In this document: one piece after another, positions 37,811 to 48,845 of the stretch
Position numbering within the stretch: the first letter of the stretch is position 1
How the letters are laid out: each line of letters begins with the position of its first letter
Origin: a virus
Taxonomy: Duplodnaviria; Caudoviricetes
Direction: 5' to 3' (one strand)
DNA length: 64,000 nucleotides
IMG/VR virus record: IMGVR_UViG_3300005656_000005
Span: 1-64,000 of that record
Program-made: the position numbers and the translations under genes
Notes under the pieces: model-generated
What the model saw: only the letters and a program-made list of their open reading frames with translations
Told to the model about the DNA's origin: nothing
Database searches by the model: none

Positions 37811-39730
37811 TTAATCTTTAATTGTTACTCCATTTGCCTTTAGTAATACTTCGTACTCTTTTGCACTATACCCTGCTGCTGCTGCTTTCGATGGTATATC
37901 TGACCTGTTAATTTCTGTTTTTGTTTTTGTACTTCCGCTTGTTGTTGTACCACCTCCATCAGTATTAGTGGTAATACCTCCTGTTACATCAATTCCCATG
38001 TAAGAGTTTAATTCTTTTGCACCTGAATTTTTAAGTTCTTCATTCAGTATATTTGTTCCGATATTATACAGGTTTGTTGATTTAGTATTGTCTAAATTAC
38101 CCACAAGCATACCATCTTTTAAGACTTCTATTTCCACTTCTTTGCCATTTACTTTCCTGGGGCCAAAGACATTAATTTTGCCATCTACTAATTGTATTCC
38201 ATATTTTTTACCGGATAAATCCAATGGCTTAAATCCTCCTGCTGTAATTATTTTTCCATCCTTATCTCTTTCCTCTGGAATTTCAATACCCAAATATTTA
38301 AGTTGCTCTACATTAAGCTGCCTTAATTTATCAGGTGTTATTACTCCATTAGAATCTGCAATTTTTAGCATATCAGCATAGATACGTTTAGCCCTTTCCA
38401 TTGCACCGTTAATCTGTGTGCTACCACCTGATTGGGCTGCTTTCCACTTATCTTCTTCCAGTTTAAGTTGTTTCCCTTTTAAATACTGATCGGCTTTATT
38501 ATTTCTTATGGTTTCTGCTAATGTTTGCTTTTGAATCGCATTATCATTTGAGGTTAATGTTTTATCTATTTTATCGGGTGCAGCTTTTGCAAACATATCA
38601 AGGAAAGATAAATCCTCTGGTTTTAATGGCTTGGTAACGTCTATAAATTTTACATCGCTTTCCTTATCTCCACCAACAAGTAAAACTTTTTCACCTGTTA
38701 CATCATCAATGTAAGATTTGTTTTTTATATCCTCCAGTCTTTTTTTAGCGTAATCGTTATATCTTTCTGCAACAGCTAATATACCACCAATAATAGGATT
38801 GTCTGATTTTACTTTTTCTACATCAACTTCTGTTGTTAGCGATGTTGTAGGCAATTCCCCGACTACATTAATTCCAGATGTGGTAGCTATTTTTTTATAA
38901 TTAGGATCGTTTAATGCGCTATTAAAAAAGTTTGCAGACGTTGCCCATACGCCAATATCGCTTTCTTCAAAAACTAATTTCTGTTGTTCATATTCTGCCT
39001 GTTGTTGCGGTGTTGCATTTGGTGGTAAAATAGGTGCAGCAAAACCATTCCCATTCAGGTACGCAATTTTCCATGTATTGCCTATTGAAAACTGTTTTAT
39101 TGTTTCTTTAATTGTAGCATTACCATCAAGCCCTGTTTTAATAACGTCTACTTCATCTATAACTGCATCTCCATTTTTAGGAACTACTACTTTATGGTCA
39201 GGGATTTCCGGTAATATTAAAATATCGGTGCTATTAAATAAATCTTCTGCCTGTTTAATCATTAACTCTTTTCTATTTGCAGGTATGGTGTTATCTCCCT
39301 GTACTTTTGCTTTATAGGCATCAAGTTTTATTTTACGGGCATTGGCAGCGTCTATTTTTTTAAGCATCCCTTGTATGTCAGTCTGAAAAGATACTTCTCT
39401 TGCCATTTTTTCTTTTGGACTTGATGGTGTTCCTAATCTTGCTTCTTTAGCCCTGCGTTCAATTAGCTGCGCCTGGGCTTCCATAAGTTCACCTTTGTCC
39501 TTTTCAAGTCCATTAACTAAGTCATAAGCTGTTAACTTTGCAAGTTGTTTTATTTTTTCATCTGCATCTATTTGTGCTTGGTCATACTGATCTTTTTTAT
39601 ACCTTAAAGTATAGGCATTTAATAACTCAAATGGTCTTGTGCTTATTTCAAATGCACCTGTGCTACCGCCACCTAATGAACTTTCACCACGATATTGGGC
39701 GGCATTTGATATTTCGTTTATTGTAGCCAT
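37811..39730 (-). CDS. Internal virion/ejection protein, 639 aa
   Basis: Position and helical composition. Confidence 0.55.
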   Translation of the reverse strand: MATINEISNAAQYRGESSLGGGSTGAFEISTRPFELLNAYTLRYKKDQYDQAQIDADEKIKQLAKLTAYDLVNGLEKDKGELMEAQAQLIERRAKEARLGTPSSPKEKMAREVSFQTDIQGMLKKIDAANARKIKLDAYKAKVQGDNTIPANRKELMIKQAEDLFNSTDILILPEIPDHKVVVPKNGDAVIDEVDVIKTGLDGNATIKETIKQFSIGNTWKIAYLNGNGFAAPILPPNATPQQQAEYEQQKLVFEESDIGVWATSANFFNSALNDPNYKKIATTSGINVVGELPTTSLTTEVDVEKVKSDNPIIGGILAVAERYNDYAKKRLEDIKNKSYIDDVTGEKVLLVGGDKESDVKFIDVTKPLKPEDLSFLDMFAKAAPDKIDKTLTSNDNAIQKQTLAETIRNNKADQYLKGKQLKLEEDKWKAAQSGGSTQINGAMERAKRIYADMLKIADSNGVITPDKLRQLNVEQLKYLGIEIPEERDKDGKIITAGGFKPLDLSGKKYGIQLVDGKINVFGPRKVNGKEVEIEVLKDGMLVGNLDNTKSTNLYNIGTNILNEELKNSGAKELNSYMGIDVTGGITTNTDGGGTTTSGSTKTKTEINRSDIPSKAAAAGYSAKEYEVLLKANGVTIKD

Positions 39731-39742
39731 TGTTATTTTAAA

Positions 39743-40396
39743 TTATCTTGTCACTATTGTTCCCGGTGCTGTTCCTGTTGTTCTTACTGGTGCTGGTGTT
39801 GTTGTTACTACCTGACCGCTATTGTTTAAAATTGTTGGTGGCGGTAAAGTATAATTGTCGTTATACAAATTATTTGATGCCAAATTCGTTACGCCTTGCA
39901 TTGTTAAGTTCAACCCGCTATTTATTGTTTTATTGGCATCTTCTTTTTGTTGGTTCAATGCAGCAATCAAATCTTTTGTTTGATTATCCTGCCATCCCCA
40001 TTCTGCATCTCGGCTTTTTGCTACCATGTCCAATCCTCCAATATATTTCCCAAACCCTTCCAAATTAGTTGCATGAAACTTATCACCTACCGTTATTATG
40101 CCTTGCATATGCCTGTCAAATGCTGCTGCTGCATCATTCGGATCACCTCCTAATAATTGAACTACATCCAATTGATTTGCAAATGAACGGTTTATTAGAT
40201 TGGTTTCATAATCTCTTGTTTGGGTATCCCCTTGTGCTTTATTTTGTAAAGCATTTAAGATGGTAAAAACTTCTTCCGGCGTTTCGTATGCCTTACGATT
40301 TTTTATCGCATCCTTTTGTTTTTTATTTGCTCTGGATGATTGGTAAGCACCTACTCCGATGCTGACTACGCCCACAGCTATAGCTGCCCATGACAT
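39743..40396 (-). CDS. Small ejection/pilot protein
   Basis: N-terminal glycine-zipper MSWAAIAVGVVSIGVGAY followed by coiled coil, typical of podovirus pilot proteins. Confidence 0.65.
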   Translation of the reverse strand: MSWAAIAVGVVSIGVGAYQSSRANKKQKDAIKNRKAYETPEEVFTILNALQNKAQGDTQTRDYETNLINRSFANQLDVVQLLGGDPNDAAAAFDRHMQGIITVGDKFHATNLEGFGKYIGGLDMVAKSRDAEWGWQDNQTKDLIAALNQQKEDANKTINSGLNLTMQGVTNLASNNLYNDNYTLPPPTILNNSGQVVTTTPAPVRTTGTAPGTIVTR

Positions 40397-40407
40397 TAGT
40401 TTTTAAT

Positions 40408-40905
40408 TTAATGTGTTACTAATTGTTGATTAGGAATAAAGGAATTATTTACATAATGTCCTCCTAACAACGGATTTTCATACTTAGCTAAAATTTGTTC
40501 CCCTACAAGTTCTGCTGCCGCTTCCTTTGCTTCATTGCTGTCATTTTCAGGCACTATATCTGTTGGGTGACAGGTTATCCATACACAATCATCCAATATC
40601 AATAAAACCCGCCTTGTATTAGGTCTGGTTATCCCCTTGTCACCGGCCTGTAAAAACTGTACGCCGTCATTTTCACTATAAACCGCAACCCTTCCTTTCA
40701 TTATAAAATATGGGTGTTCTGTGTTATGAACTCTTGATGTTACCCAGTTGTCTTTACCATCCTTTCCTTTTGGCATAAATATTTCTCTTATGTACATTCC
40801 AGGAACAAACGTATGGGTAACAGGACAAACAATAGGCTCATGGTTTAACATGGCTACCTCCAGTTTATCAATTAACCCGTTTGCTTTATTTTGTACTTCG
40901 TTCAT
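40408..40905 (-). CDS. Cupin-fold protein
   Basis: HTFVPGMYIREIFMPKG...RVHNTEHPYFIMKG..V; 2-His cupin motif. Confidence 0.7.
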   Translation of the reverse strand: MNEVQNKANGLIDKLEVAMLNHEPIVCPVTHTFVPGMYIREIFMPKGKDGKDNWVTSRVHNTEHPYFIMKGRVAVYSENDGVQFLQAGDKGITRPNTRRVLLILDDCVWITCHPTDIVPENDSNEAKEAAAELVGEQILAKYENPLLGGHYVNNSFIPNQQLVTH

Positions 40906-40937
40906 TTATATATAAAATTACTCTTTTTTTCGTTATA

Positions 40938-43900
40938 TTAAAGATTTCCTGTAAACCCGGTTTGCTCCGAAACAGAACTCTTTGAGATAATCAAATCCAA
41001 TTCATCAAAGGCCACCCTTTTTACATCATTTGTGCTGCCATAAATCAATGCGTTTGTGTTATCCCTAACCAATGTAACGGCACAGAAATATCCTCTTGGT
41101 TTCTTACCTGCTACGTTTGGATCTGAACCATATAAACCACCCCTGCTATTCTTATCGCATAGAAATTCTGCGTTCCATTTGTCCATTTTCTTTGTCCATC
41201 GTACAGGTGGAATTTCGCTTTCAAATGTGGTATCATCTACTGTTACTTTTGATGCAAACCACATGGTTTCATCCTGAATTTCCATTGCCATTGGATTCTT
41301 TGCCTTGTCTGGGTTTTCATTTATGGCTATCCCTATCACACAATCCACAGCTTGCCCAAAGAACTTATTGTATTCAATTGGAATAATGCTATGAATATAT
41401 GGAACTCCTAAATAGAAACTTACAAATGCCGCCCCGGTACTATTGTTAAATACTATGTTTGAATAGCCTTCCGGCGTATAAGATGCAAATGTTAAAAGTT
41501 CTTCTGTTCTGGGTTCAATTAAAATTGTGCTGCGGTAATTTATAAACGGTTCCTGTTCATTATTTATTCCAGATTGGTTCAAGGCTTTAACTGTTAATTG
41601 TAATGCGTTAGTGTGGTAGTTCATACCTGTTACCCATCTCATTTTAGATACATCGTTAACGGCTGTGCTATTCACATTTTCCATGTACTGAATTGTTTTC
41701 TTTACCCACAAATTAAATTTGCCTTCTGAAATGTCTTTGGCAATATTAAAATCGTGTTTAACCAAGCAACCTTTCCCCTTGTCAATCCATGTAGCCCATC
41801 CATCATTAAAGTTTATAGAACCTATGCTATCATACCGGCATCCAAATATTCCGCTTATCTTAGGCTGTGTATCGCTTATTAAGGCATCTGCCGGTGCAGC
41901 TTGTACCATGCCGTTAGAATTTACCCTTAAAAATTCATCTGAAATCTGGAATAAGAAACTGTCAAACTCTCCAATGCCCAAACCTATTTTACCATCATAA
42001 ATTGCCATTGCAATTACATCGCCTTGCTCTGGGGCATCCAATGTTTTTTCCAGATCACCGAAACGATTAAACTGGCCTATTGAATTTATGGTTATGTTCC
42101 GGCCATGCCTTCTTTCGTTTTCAAATTTATTTACAAAGTGAACTTTACCCACATCGCTTAACCCCGTAAATATTCCTTCCGCATTTGCCTGTCCCCAAAA
42201 GTCTGATGGAAATTTATGTTCAAACTGTTGTGGCGGGTTACTCTCTAATGGGTTGCTTCCCTCAATTTGCCTTATTACAATAAATGTATCAAAAGTTGTA
42301 AATGTTCCTGATGGTATCGCTAACAGTTTTTGACCACTAATATCAATCAATGGCAATGATGCTATTTCAAAGTATGTTGGCTCTACTGTACATTCTCTTG
42401 GCCTTTGTAATTCTATTTTTGCACCAACGACTAAATCATCCAGGTTGCCATCGTCACTAATCAATATCTGGTTAAAAAATTCTGCCGGGGCTTCGGCTTC
42501 GCCGCTTATTACCTTATCGTGGAATGGGCTAAGTATCTGATAATTTAATAAGCCAAATGTGGCTACATCAAATATGCTTCCATCTCCGTTGCTTATAAAT
42601 TCAACCCTGTCATTTTTTTGGTATTGGTAAAGTGTATTGGTTTCAAAATTATAAGTAGCATTGTAGTCATTTAGGCTTTGAATAGTAAGTTTTATTTTAC
42701 GATCTGCCGTCCTTTCAATTTTATCAATTACCCATTGGAGTTCATAATTATTTACATTCGTTCCCCTTACTATTTTTAAGCACGTACCCCAATCTGGCAA
42801 TACCATTCCAATAGCACTATATGTAAAACTACAAAAACTCAATACTCCTTTGTCCTGTGTTTTAGGTATGTCCAAATAATTATCTCCTGTTGGTAAACTA
42901 CCGCTAAGTACCGTTGCCGGATATACAGCACTTAATCTTCCGCAATCTCCCTGCACAACAAAACCAAATGGATACCTGCCACCTGATTTAAGACCTCTGC
43001 CACTTACTAAAGCAGGTATCTTATTAAGACTTGCTGTTGGTAATATTTCAGTTGTATGTTGTGGAGAAAAACAGGCTGGTAATAAAGTATTTGCGGTTGA
43101 AGGTAAACATGGATTACAACCATCTGCACAGTCAGCCGTAAAGCAATTATTTACATCCATTATTACTGCTCTCACACTTCTTGCCCTTGTGCTGTAATTC
43201 CTTACTTCAAATGTAGCAATACCAGTAACGGCATCTGTTACCTGATATTTAGAACCGCTTAAAGCCACCCTTATGCCGCCTACTGGTAAATTATCACAAT
43301 CTACTACAGGGATATTTACTGTTTCATAAAAGTCAGTAATGTAGGTTGGGAAATCAACATTTGTTATTTGTGCATTTACCTGTACCATGTTATTGTACCT
43401 GCCATCCATTACTACTGTTTTCACAGTATTAAATCCTGCACCACAATTTGTTTCAACCCTTACCTGTACTGTTATTGTTTGTGTGTTATTACTTCCGTAA
43501 TTATAGAAATTAAAAAAACCGTTATGATCTGTATAAGCCTTTATTACTCCGTTACTCCATAATTCAGCCCCCTCAACAGGGACATTATTTGCATCGGTTA
43601 CATATCCGGTATAAGCAGATGAACTATGAGTACCTGTTTGAAATTTAAGATAGTTATCACTAATTATTAAGGCTTCATCTAATTCTACATCACCGGAACA
43701 GGTATCAAAATACAATTCTCTTGCCCTTTGATTTACTATCCCACTTATATCTAAATACCCGGTATAACTGTGTATGTCAGGTATTGTACCTACAACAAAT
43801 GTAGATGTTAATTGACCTTCTGACGGTATGCCATTGATTTCATTTTGAGATGCTAATCTTATAAAACCTTTTGTACCTTTTGGAACTTTTAATGTGTATT

Positions 43901-45458
43901 TCTGATAATAAAAATTACCATTTAAAACATCAATTGTTAGCCCAAATGCTATTTCTTCTTTTGCAAGTCCAGGGATAATCCCAATTTCTTCTGTATTTGT
44001 AAAATAAGGCTCTGCCCTATACTGTGTCATTTGCGACCAATAGTTAGTTCCTTCTACATAAGCTATAAAGTTTCTTACTTTTTTATCTTTGAAATATTGC
44101 CCCATAGCAGTAGGTATAAGCCATGCTGAACCGCCTAATGTAAAAGGTATTCCAAATCTTGCACTATCTGTTAAGTCATCGGTATCTCCTGCATTTCCTC
44201 CTTCACGATAAACAAAACCATTCATATTTCTACTTGGTTCGTAATTATGTATTATCGCATAGGCTGTTACTGTTGCATATTCGCCTACACAATTATCGGC
44301 TGCACAGTTAATTCCTATTTCAAATTTAGCTGCTTCGCTTCCATCAACGGGGCAATTACCTTTTAAGTAATTATAAAAACCTAATGCTGTATTGCCATTA
44401 TTAGCCAAAGGTATAATCCCCTGTGGTTGTCTTGGCATTGGATTAAATACTCTTGCTGTTTCAACCGGGCTTATTGGATTACACTCTTTATCGTTACAAA
44501 AAATATAATCAAATGTACAGTTTACCAAATCAATATTTAATAGGTCTGCAAGTTCTCTTTCATACCAATACTGCGAACTGCTATTGTATGGTTGGTACTT
44601 TTCAACTACTTCAACTGATTTCCAGTTTATACCATTATCTGTGCTTACTGCAAATTCAATTTTATCAACCAATGGATTACCCAAAGGAATAGTAAATTTT
44701 ATACATCTTGGATAGCCTTCACTGGCATCAAAGCATCCTTTACTATCCTGATAATAAAGTGTACTTATATCACTCCATTCGTTTGCTCTTTGATCGTAAT
44801 AAATATGCCTGAACCGTACTTTAAAACCTACATCTATTAAATGATTTGTAAGGTCAACCTGGCTTGCTGCCAACGTAACCCATTCACCTTCCAATGCTCC
44901 ACAGGTTTCAGGTACACACATTTGAGTATAAGCACATAAATCAGGGCAGTTATCAAAAAAGGCTGTGGCAAAACTTCCTGTAGCAATGCTTGCTTCAACA
45001 TCAATCATCCCTATTTCATTTTCACCGTCTGTCCATATCAGTTGTTTCCCATGTTGGTGAGCGCAAAACCTATCGTATTTTAAAAAGCATCTCCATTCTT
45101 CAATAGCATGTTCCGGTGCTGCACTTAATGTAAGGCAATCACCATCATAAACAATTTGGCAAGTGCCATCACCATTTAAACGGGCAATGTAGTGTACCGC
45201 ATTTGTATTGTACACCCACCAGTAAAGTTCGTTTGTAAGTTCGCTGAAATAATGTCCTATGGAATAATTATCACCTACTGGTTGGTCAATAAGACAGGCT
45301 AAATAATTTGCAACAAGTGGAGTTGTTTTTCCAAGTGTTCCTGTACCATTAATATTACGTTCCCTGTTAAGCATATAATATGCCTCTGTAGGGGTCAAAT
45401 ATTTTTTTGACTTGTCAAGGTTTACAGCAATAGGTTTATTTATTTGTCTTTGCTGCAT
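40938..45458 (-). CDS. Tail muzzle/stabilisation protein (gp10-like), 1506 aa
   Basis: Beta-propeller-like N and C regions (WTDGENE, LIWTD, WIDKGKG), size and position after ring proteins. Confidence 0.7.
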   Translation of the reverse strand: MQQRQINKPIAVNLDKSKKYLTPTEAYYMLNRERNINGTGTLGKTTPLVANYLACLIDQPVGDNYSIGHYFSELTNELYWWVYNTNAVHYIARLNGDGTCQIVYDGDCLTLSAAPEHAIEEWRCFLKYDRFCAHQHGKQLIWTDGENEIGMIDVEASIATGSFATAFFDNCPDLCAYTQMCVPETCGALEGEWVTLAASQVDLTNHLIDVGFKVRFRHIYYDQRANEWSDISTLYYQDSKGCFDASEGYPRCIKFTIPLGNPLVDKIEFAVSTDNGINWKSVEVVEKYQPYNSSSQYWYERELADLLNIDLVNCTFDYIFCNDKECNPISPVETARVFNPMPRQPQGIIPLANNGNTALGFYNYLKGNCPVDGSEAAKFEIGINCAADNCVGEYATVTAYAIIHNYEPSRNMNGFVYREGGNAGDTDDLTDSARFGIPFTLGGSAWLIPTAMGQYFKDKKVRNFIAYVEGTNYWSQMTQYRAEPYFTNTEEIGIIPGLAKEEIAFGLTIDVLNGNFYYQKYTLKVPKGTKGFIRLASQNEINGIPSEGQLTSTFVVGTIPDIHSYTGYLDISGIVNQRARELYFDTCSGDVELDEALIISDNYLKFQTGTHSSSAYTGYVTDANNVPVEGAELWSNGVIKAYTDHNGFFNFYNYGSNNTQTITVQVRVETNCGAGFNTVKTVVMDGRYNNMVQVNAQITNVDFPTYITDFYETVNIPVVDCDNLPVGGIRVALSGSKYQVTDAVTGIATFEVRNYSTRARSVRAVIMDVNNCFTADCADGCNPCLPSTANTLLPACFSPQHTTEILPTASLNKIPALVSGRGLKSGGRYPFGFVVQGDCGRLSAVYPATVLSGSLPTGDNYLDIPKTQDKGVLSFCSFTYSAIGMVLPDWGTCLKIVRGTNVNNYELQWVIDKIERTADRKIKLTIQSLNDYNATYNFETNTLYQYQKNDRVEFISNGDGSIFDVATFGLLNYQILSPFHDKVISGEAEAPAEFFNQILISDDGNLDDLVVGAKIELQRPRECTVEPTYFEIASLPLIDISGQKLLAIPSGTFTTFDTFIVIRQIEGSNPLESNPPQQFEHKFPSDFWGQANAEGIFTGLSDVGKVHFVNKFENERRHGRNITINSIGQFNRFGDLEKTLDAPEQGDVIAMAIYDGKIGLGIGEFDSFLFQISDEFLRVNSNGMVQAAPADALISDTQPKISGIFGCRYDSIGSINFNDGWATWIDKGKGCLVKHDFNIAKDISEGKFNLWVKKTIQYMENVNSTAVNDVSKMRWVTGMNYHTNALQLTVKALNQSGINNEQEPFINYRSTILIEPRTEELLTFASYTPEGYSNIVFNNSTGAAFVSFYLGVPYIHSIIPIEYNKFFGQAVDCVIGIAINENPDKAKNPMAMEIQDETMWFASKVTVDDTTFESEIPPVRWTKKMDKWNAEFLCDKNSRGGLYGSDPNVAGKKPRGYFCAVTLVRDNTNALIYGSTNDVKRVAFDELDLIISKSSVSEQTGFTGNL

Positions 45459-46856
45459 CTACACCATTTTATTGAAGTTAACAATCAGCACATCTCCTTC
45501 AAACCATGTATTAGGGCTACGTTCAATATTTCCTGTTGTACTATTGAATGTAAACTGACTTAGCTTTTTTGTTTCAATAGCATTGTTCACAATTATATAT
45601 TCCAAATCAAATGCACCGATAAGGTCATCGTTTTGGTATGCCGTATCTCCTGGAACTGGTAAACCTGCTGTAGATGCTGCCGGAACTTTAACAGCAATTT
45701 GAAATGGAGTTATTTTAGGTGTGACGTTACATACTGCTGCTGTACTATCACATCCTGTTACAGAAGCGTTTGTAATGGTTACTGTGTCTGTTGCAACCGG
45801 GCAATAATTATTCCATGCAGGTTCTAACCAGTTAAATTTAGGTGTCAGTCCGATAATATGAATAATATCATCAAGGCTTACCCTTGACATTACTTTTATC
45901 ATGGCTCTCCTTTCAATGCCATACCTTGTCCACCTGTATGCTTTGTCAGGGTTTGAAACATTCTTTTTGCCATCAATAGCCATTGCCTTAATATATTCAA
46001 CTAAGGTTTCAAAAGCTACTTCTGGTACTGCTAATTGTCCGTTTAGTTTTGGGATAAAACCACGATATTCCAAATAAACCTGTGTCTTTCTGAAATTGTA
46101 ATCAAACTGTATTTGGCCTGTTTCTTCAAATATTTTATAGCTACCTACATTTGTATCACAAACATCACTACATGGTGCGTAATGGCAGCAATAAGCATCA
46201 TAGCAACAATTTCTAATCGTTTCAATATTTTCTGCTGTGGGATTAATGCACCCACATACTGACAGGTCAATTGTTGCTATGTATTCTTTTGTTGTTGCGT
46301 AATCTAATGCACCACTTGTTAAATTCCAATAAGGTATAGTGGTTTCCAGATAATATCCACCATCGGGATAAAGTTTTTTAATGACTGTTTTTTCTGCTGT
46401 TGTGGTACTTGGAACCCCTTCTGCATCAATGGTGTTTACCGTTACTATTTCTGTTGTTTCTGTTACGGTAAGATCATTGCATATTGTACTATCCTGTCCA
46501 CAAACAGCACAGGTATCTTCACATTCAATTGTGGTTATTGAATTATCATTTGTCAGTTTTGTATTTAATGGTATGGCTATTTTTTCGCCGTAGTCATTAA
46601 TGTACCCTACAAATGTTTCAATGTCAAAATCCGGTGGTAAAGATGCAGTACGGGTATTTTGATTAACGGTTATAAGGCAATTCCTTCTACCGCTTTTTAA
46701 TGTTTCACGTTGTAGTTTTTTTAATCCCCTTGCTGCCCAATGAAAATGTAATTGCTGTGTCTTACCAATATCTTCATAAAAATCTATGATGCTGGCGTTA
46801 ACCACCTTTGAAAGTGGCACTAACTTTTTTAATATGTCTGGGCAATTTGGATTCAT
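45459..46856 (-). CDS. Tail ring/tube protein, Cys-rich
   Basis: SLPPDF..E..VGY, VYLEY, VPEVAFETL pattern of crAss-like ring proteins. Confidence 0.6.
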   Translation of the reverse strand: MNPNCPDILKKLVPLSKVVNASIIDFYEDIGKTQQLHFHWAARGLKKLQRETLKSGRRNCLITVNQNTRTASLPPDFDIETFVGYINDYGEKIAIPLNTKLTNDNSITTIECEDTCAVCGQDSTICNDLTVTETTEIVTVNTIDAEGVPSTTTAEKTVIKKLYPDGGYYLETTIPYWNLTSGALDYATTKEYIATIDLSVCGCINPTAENIETIRNCCYDAYCCHYAPCSDVCDTNVGSYKIFEETGQIQFDYNFRKTQVYLEYRGFIPKLNGQLAVPEVAFETLVEYIKAMAIDGKKNVSNPDKAYRWTRYGIERRAMIKVMSRVSLDDIIHIIGLTPKFNWLEPAWNNYCPVATDTVTITNASVTGCDSTAAVCNVTPKITPFQIAVKVPAASTAGLPVPGDTAYQNDDLIGAFDLEYIIVNNAIETKKLSQFTFNSTTGNIERSPNTWFEGDVLIVNFNKMV

Positions 46857-47449
46857 TAATTTTGCGGATTACTGTTGTTTGTTTTATCTACAAACCCTAT
46901 TTTTTGAAAATATATTTCGTCCAACCGATTTCGTACCTGTGCGCCAATGGCATCATCAACTTCAATATCTTCATCAATGTCTTTCCCACTCCCTGCGTAG
47001 ATAATGGTTATTGGATTTGAGTGTGTTCCTTTCGGGAATATTATTTTTTTACCTAAAACTACATAGGGGTAATACAGATCAGGTAGGCTATCATCATCCT
47101 TTAAAAGTTGGGTTTGATTTATGTTGCTTTTTACATAAACACAATCATCTGTCAGCTTTCCTATTTTTCCTAACCACCTGTCATTTGGCAATCGGCTCAT
47201 AATATCCAAACTGGAAATATCAACTTCGTTATCTACCACTTTTAATGGTTCTGATTCTTTTGATAGATTTCCTGGCATATTAAAAACCCCTTCTGTCGCA
47301 TTTTCTCTCCAGTACCATAACAGAAAAGCATAGGCATATTCCAGTTTAGCGGTAGCAATAAAAGATTCACGGCTAATAGCCACTTCATCGGTGGCTAATG
47401 GAAATTGTTTTTCCCATGACAGGTTAGCTATTTCAAGTAGGTTTGCCAT
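46856..47449 (-). CDS. Tail ring protein
   Basis: 197 aa; YYPYVVLGKKIIF and DIEVDD motifs; position. Confidence 0.5.
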   Translation of the reverse strand: MANLLEIANLSWEKQFPLATDEVAISRESFIATAKLEYAYAFLLWYWRENATEGVFNMPGNLSKESEPLKVVDNEVDISSLDIMSRLPNDRWLGKIGKLTDDCVYVKSNINQTQLLKDDDSLPDLYYPYVVLGKKIIFPKGTHSNPITIIYAGSGKDIDEDIEVDDAIGAQVRNRLDEIYFQKIGFVDKTNNSNPQN

Positions 47450-47709
47450 TATTTTTTACCTGAAAATTTTATAGGGTTCGTTTGACTGAAATACTCTTTG
47501 TTAAACCATGTTTGATTTCTTCCTTTCCCCTTAGTTCCGCTTTCAGAAACTATAAAGCCGTTCTCAATTTGCCGAACACTTAAATTTTCATTCTTATCCA
47601 ATTTAATGTTAGGTATTGCAGATTCGGTTGTACTCTTTGTTGTACTTTTTTTAGCTGCCGGTTTAGCAGGTGTACTTGCCATCATTTTTTTGGGTGTGTA
47701 CTGTGCCAT
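47449..47709 (-). CDS. Small basic protein
   Basis: K/S/T-rich N-terminus, VRQIENGFIV, ends FSGKK. Confidence 0.65.
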   Translation of the reverse strand: MAQYTPKKMMASTPAKPAAKKSTTKSTTESAIPNIKLDKNENLSVRQIENGFIVSESGTKGKGRNQTWFNKEYFSQTNPIKFSGKK

Positions 47710-48110
47710 TATTTTTTATTTTTTGTGTAATTAATTTTACGTTCCCTAAGATTAAAATATTCTTGCTGCTCTATGTGCTGATAATATTTTGCTTTAATTT
47801 CAATATACTTGTAAGCACTCCAAACAATACCGCTAACTGCACTTGTTCCACAAACCACAAATGGATATAAAATTAAATTGTTCCATTGTAGTAATTCAAT
47901 CCATCCTAACCCTGCTGCTGCTAAAAAAGATATTGAACTATGTATTGAAGGTCTGCACCAAATACAGGTTATTAAAGGTTCAAAAATCTTACTGCTTTTG
48001 CTCTCTGCCCACAATCTTACTTTATGTAGCCCCATACCTTCACTTAGCAAAATTTCAATACCTATATTCCATATACTTGTAAGAACTATTATGCTTAATA
48101 ATGTTATCAT
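47709..48110 (-). CDS. Membrane protein with CxxC (DUF1360-like)
   Basis: Three hydrophobic segments; LITCIWC motif; additional Cys in last TM. Confidence 0.6.
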   Translation of the reverse strand: MITLLSIIVLTSIWNIGIEILLSEGMGLHKVRLWAESKSSKIFEPLITCIWCRPSIHSSISFLAAAGLGWIELLQWNNLILYPFVVCGTSAVSGIVWSAYKYIEIKAKYYQHIEQQEYFNLRERKINYTKNKK

Positions 48111-48829
48111 CTTTTCCCTGCTGCTTCATTCATTTGAAATAAAGATGCCTCTGAAATATGAGTACTGAAACCCTGCACCAGATAATATAAAATTAACTCC
48201 CTTGCCCACTCTCCAAATTCGTTATCAATTGAAGTTGCGGGATCAGCTACTTCATTATAATAAACGGGGTCTTGTATTGTATTTATTGTTCCGTATATTG
48301 GATAACGTATGTATTCCAAAGTGCAACTTCCTAATTCTCTTGGTAAAAATTCAATCGTATTCCCTATCATTTTACAGATAGGTTTTTTGGGTGACGGCTT
48401 TAACCCAGAAATATATGTTTGCGCCCTAACGTAAAACTGTTGCCCATCCAACATTTCGGCTGGCGTTTTAATTATTTCTGCCACAGGACTATCTTCATCG
48501 CAGTTAGTATTATCTACTTCGCATCCAGTTTGAGATAACGATAAAATGTAAAGATTGTCATAGTGGTAATAATCGGAAGGTCTTGTAATAACACCATTAG
48601 TAATAGGTGCTGAATAAGCAGTAATTAAGGTTGCAATAAAATCCTTTGCTTTTTGGGTAGAATAAGAAATTGGTAAATTCTGATTTGAAGCATCCCCTGT
48701 TATATAGTCAAGAACCCTGTTAGAAGCTATCCTTATACCTTGATTGAACATTGAATAACTCCAATATCCGTTTTCGTCCTTATTCGCCAATAATCTTGCG
48801 GCATCTTCGTATAAACTTATAGAATCCAA
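48107..48829 (-). CDS. Head-tail connector/ring protein
   Basis: FNQGI..AS..., ITRPSDY, LEYIRYP motifs typical of crAss-like ring 1. Confidence 0.6.
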   Translation of the reverse strand: MDSISLYEDAARLLANKDENGYWSYSMFNQGIRIASNRVLDYITGDASNQNLPISYSTQKAKDFIATLITAYSAPITNGVITRPSDYYHYDNLYILSLSQTGCEVDNTNCDEDSPVAEIIKTPAEMLDGQQFYVRAQTYISGLKPSPKKPICKMIGNTIEFLPRELGSCTLEYIRYPIYGTINTIQDPVYYNEVADPATSIDNEFGEWARELILYYLVQGFSTHISEASLFQMNEAAGKR

Positions 48830-48845
48830 TGGCTTTCATTTTTTA

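Noticed and set aside
23480-39730. Virion RNA polymerase in the giant proteins
   Set aside because: No DxDxD/DFDID catalytic motif recognised by eye; a profile search is needed to exclude it fully.
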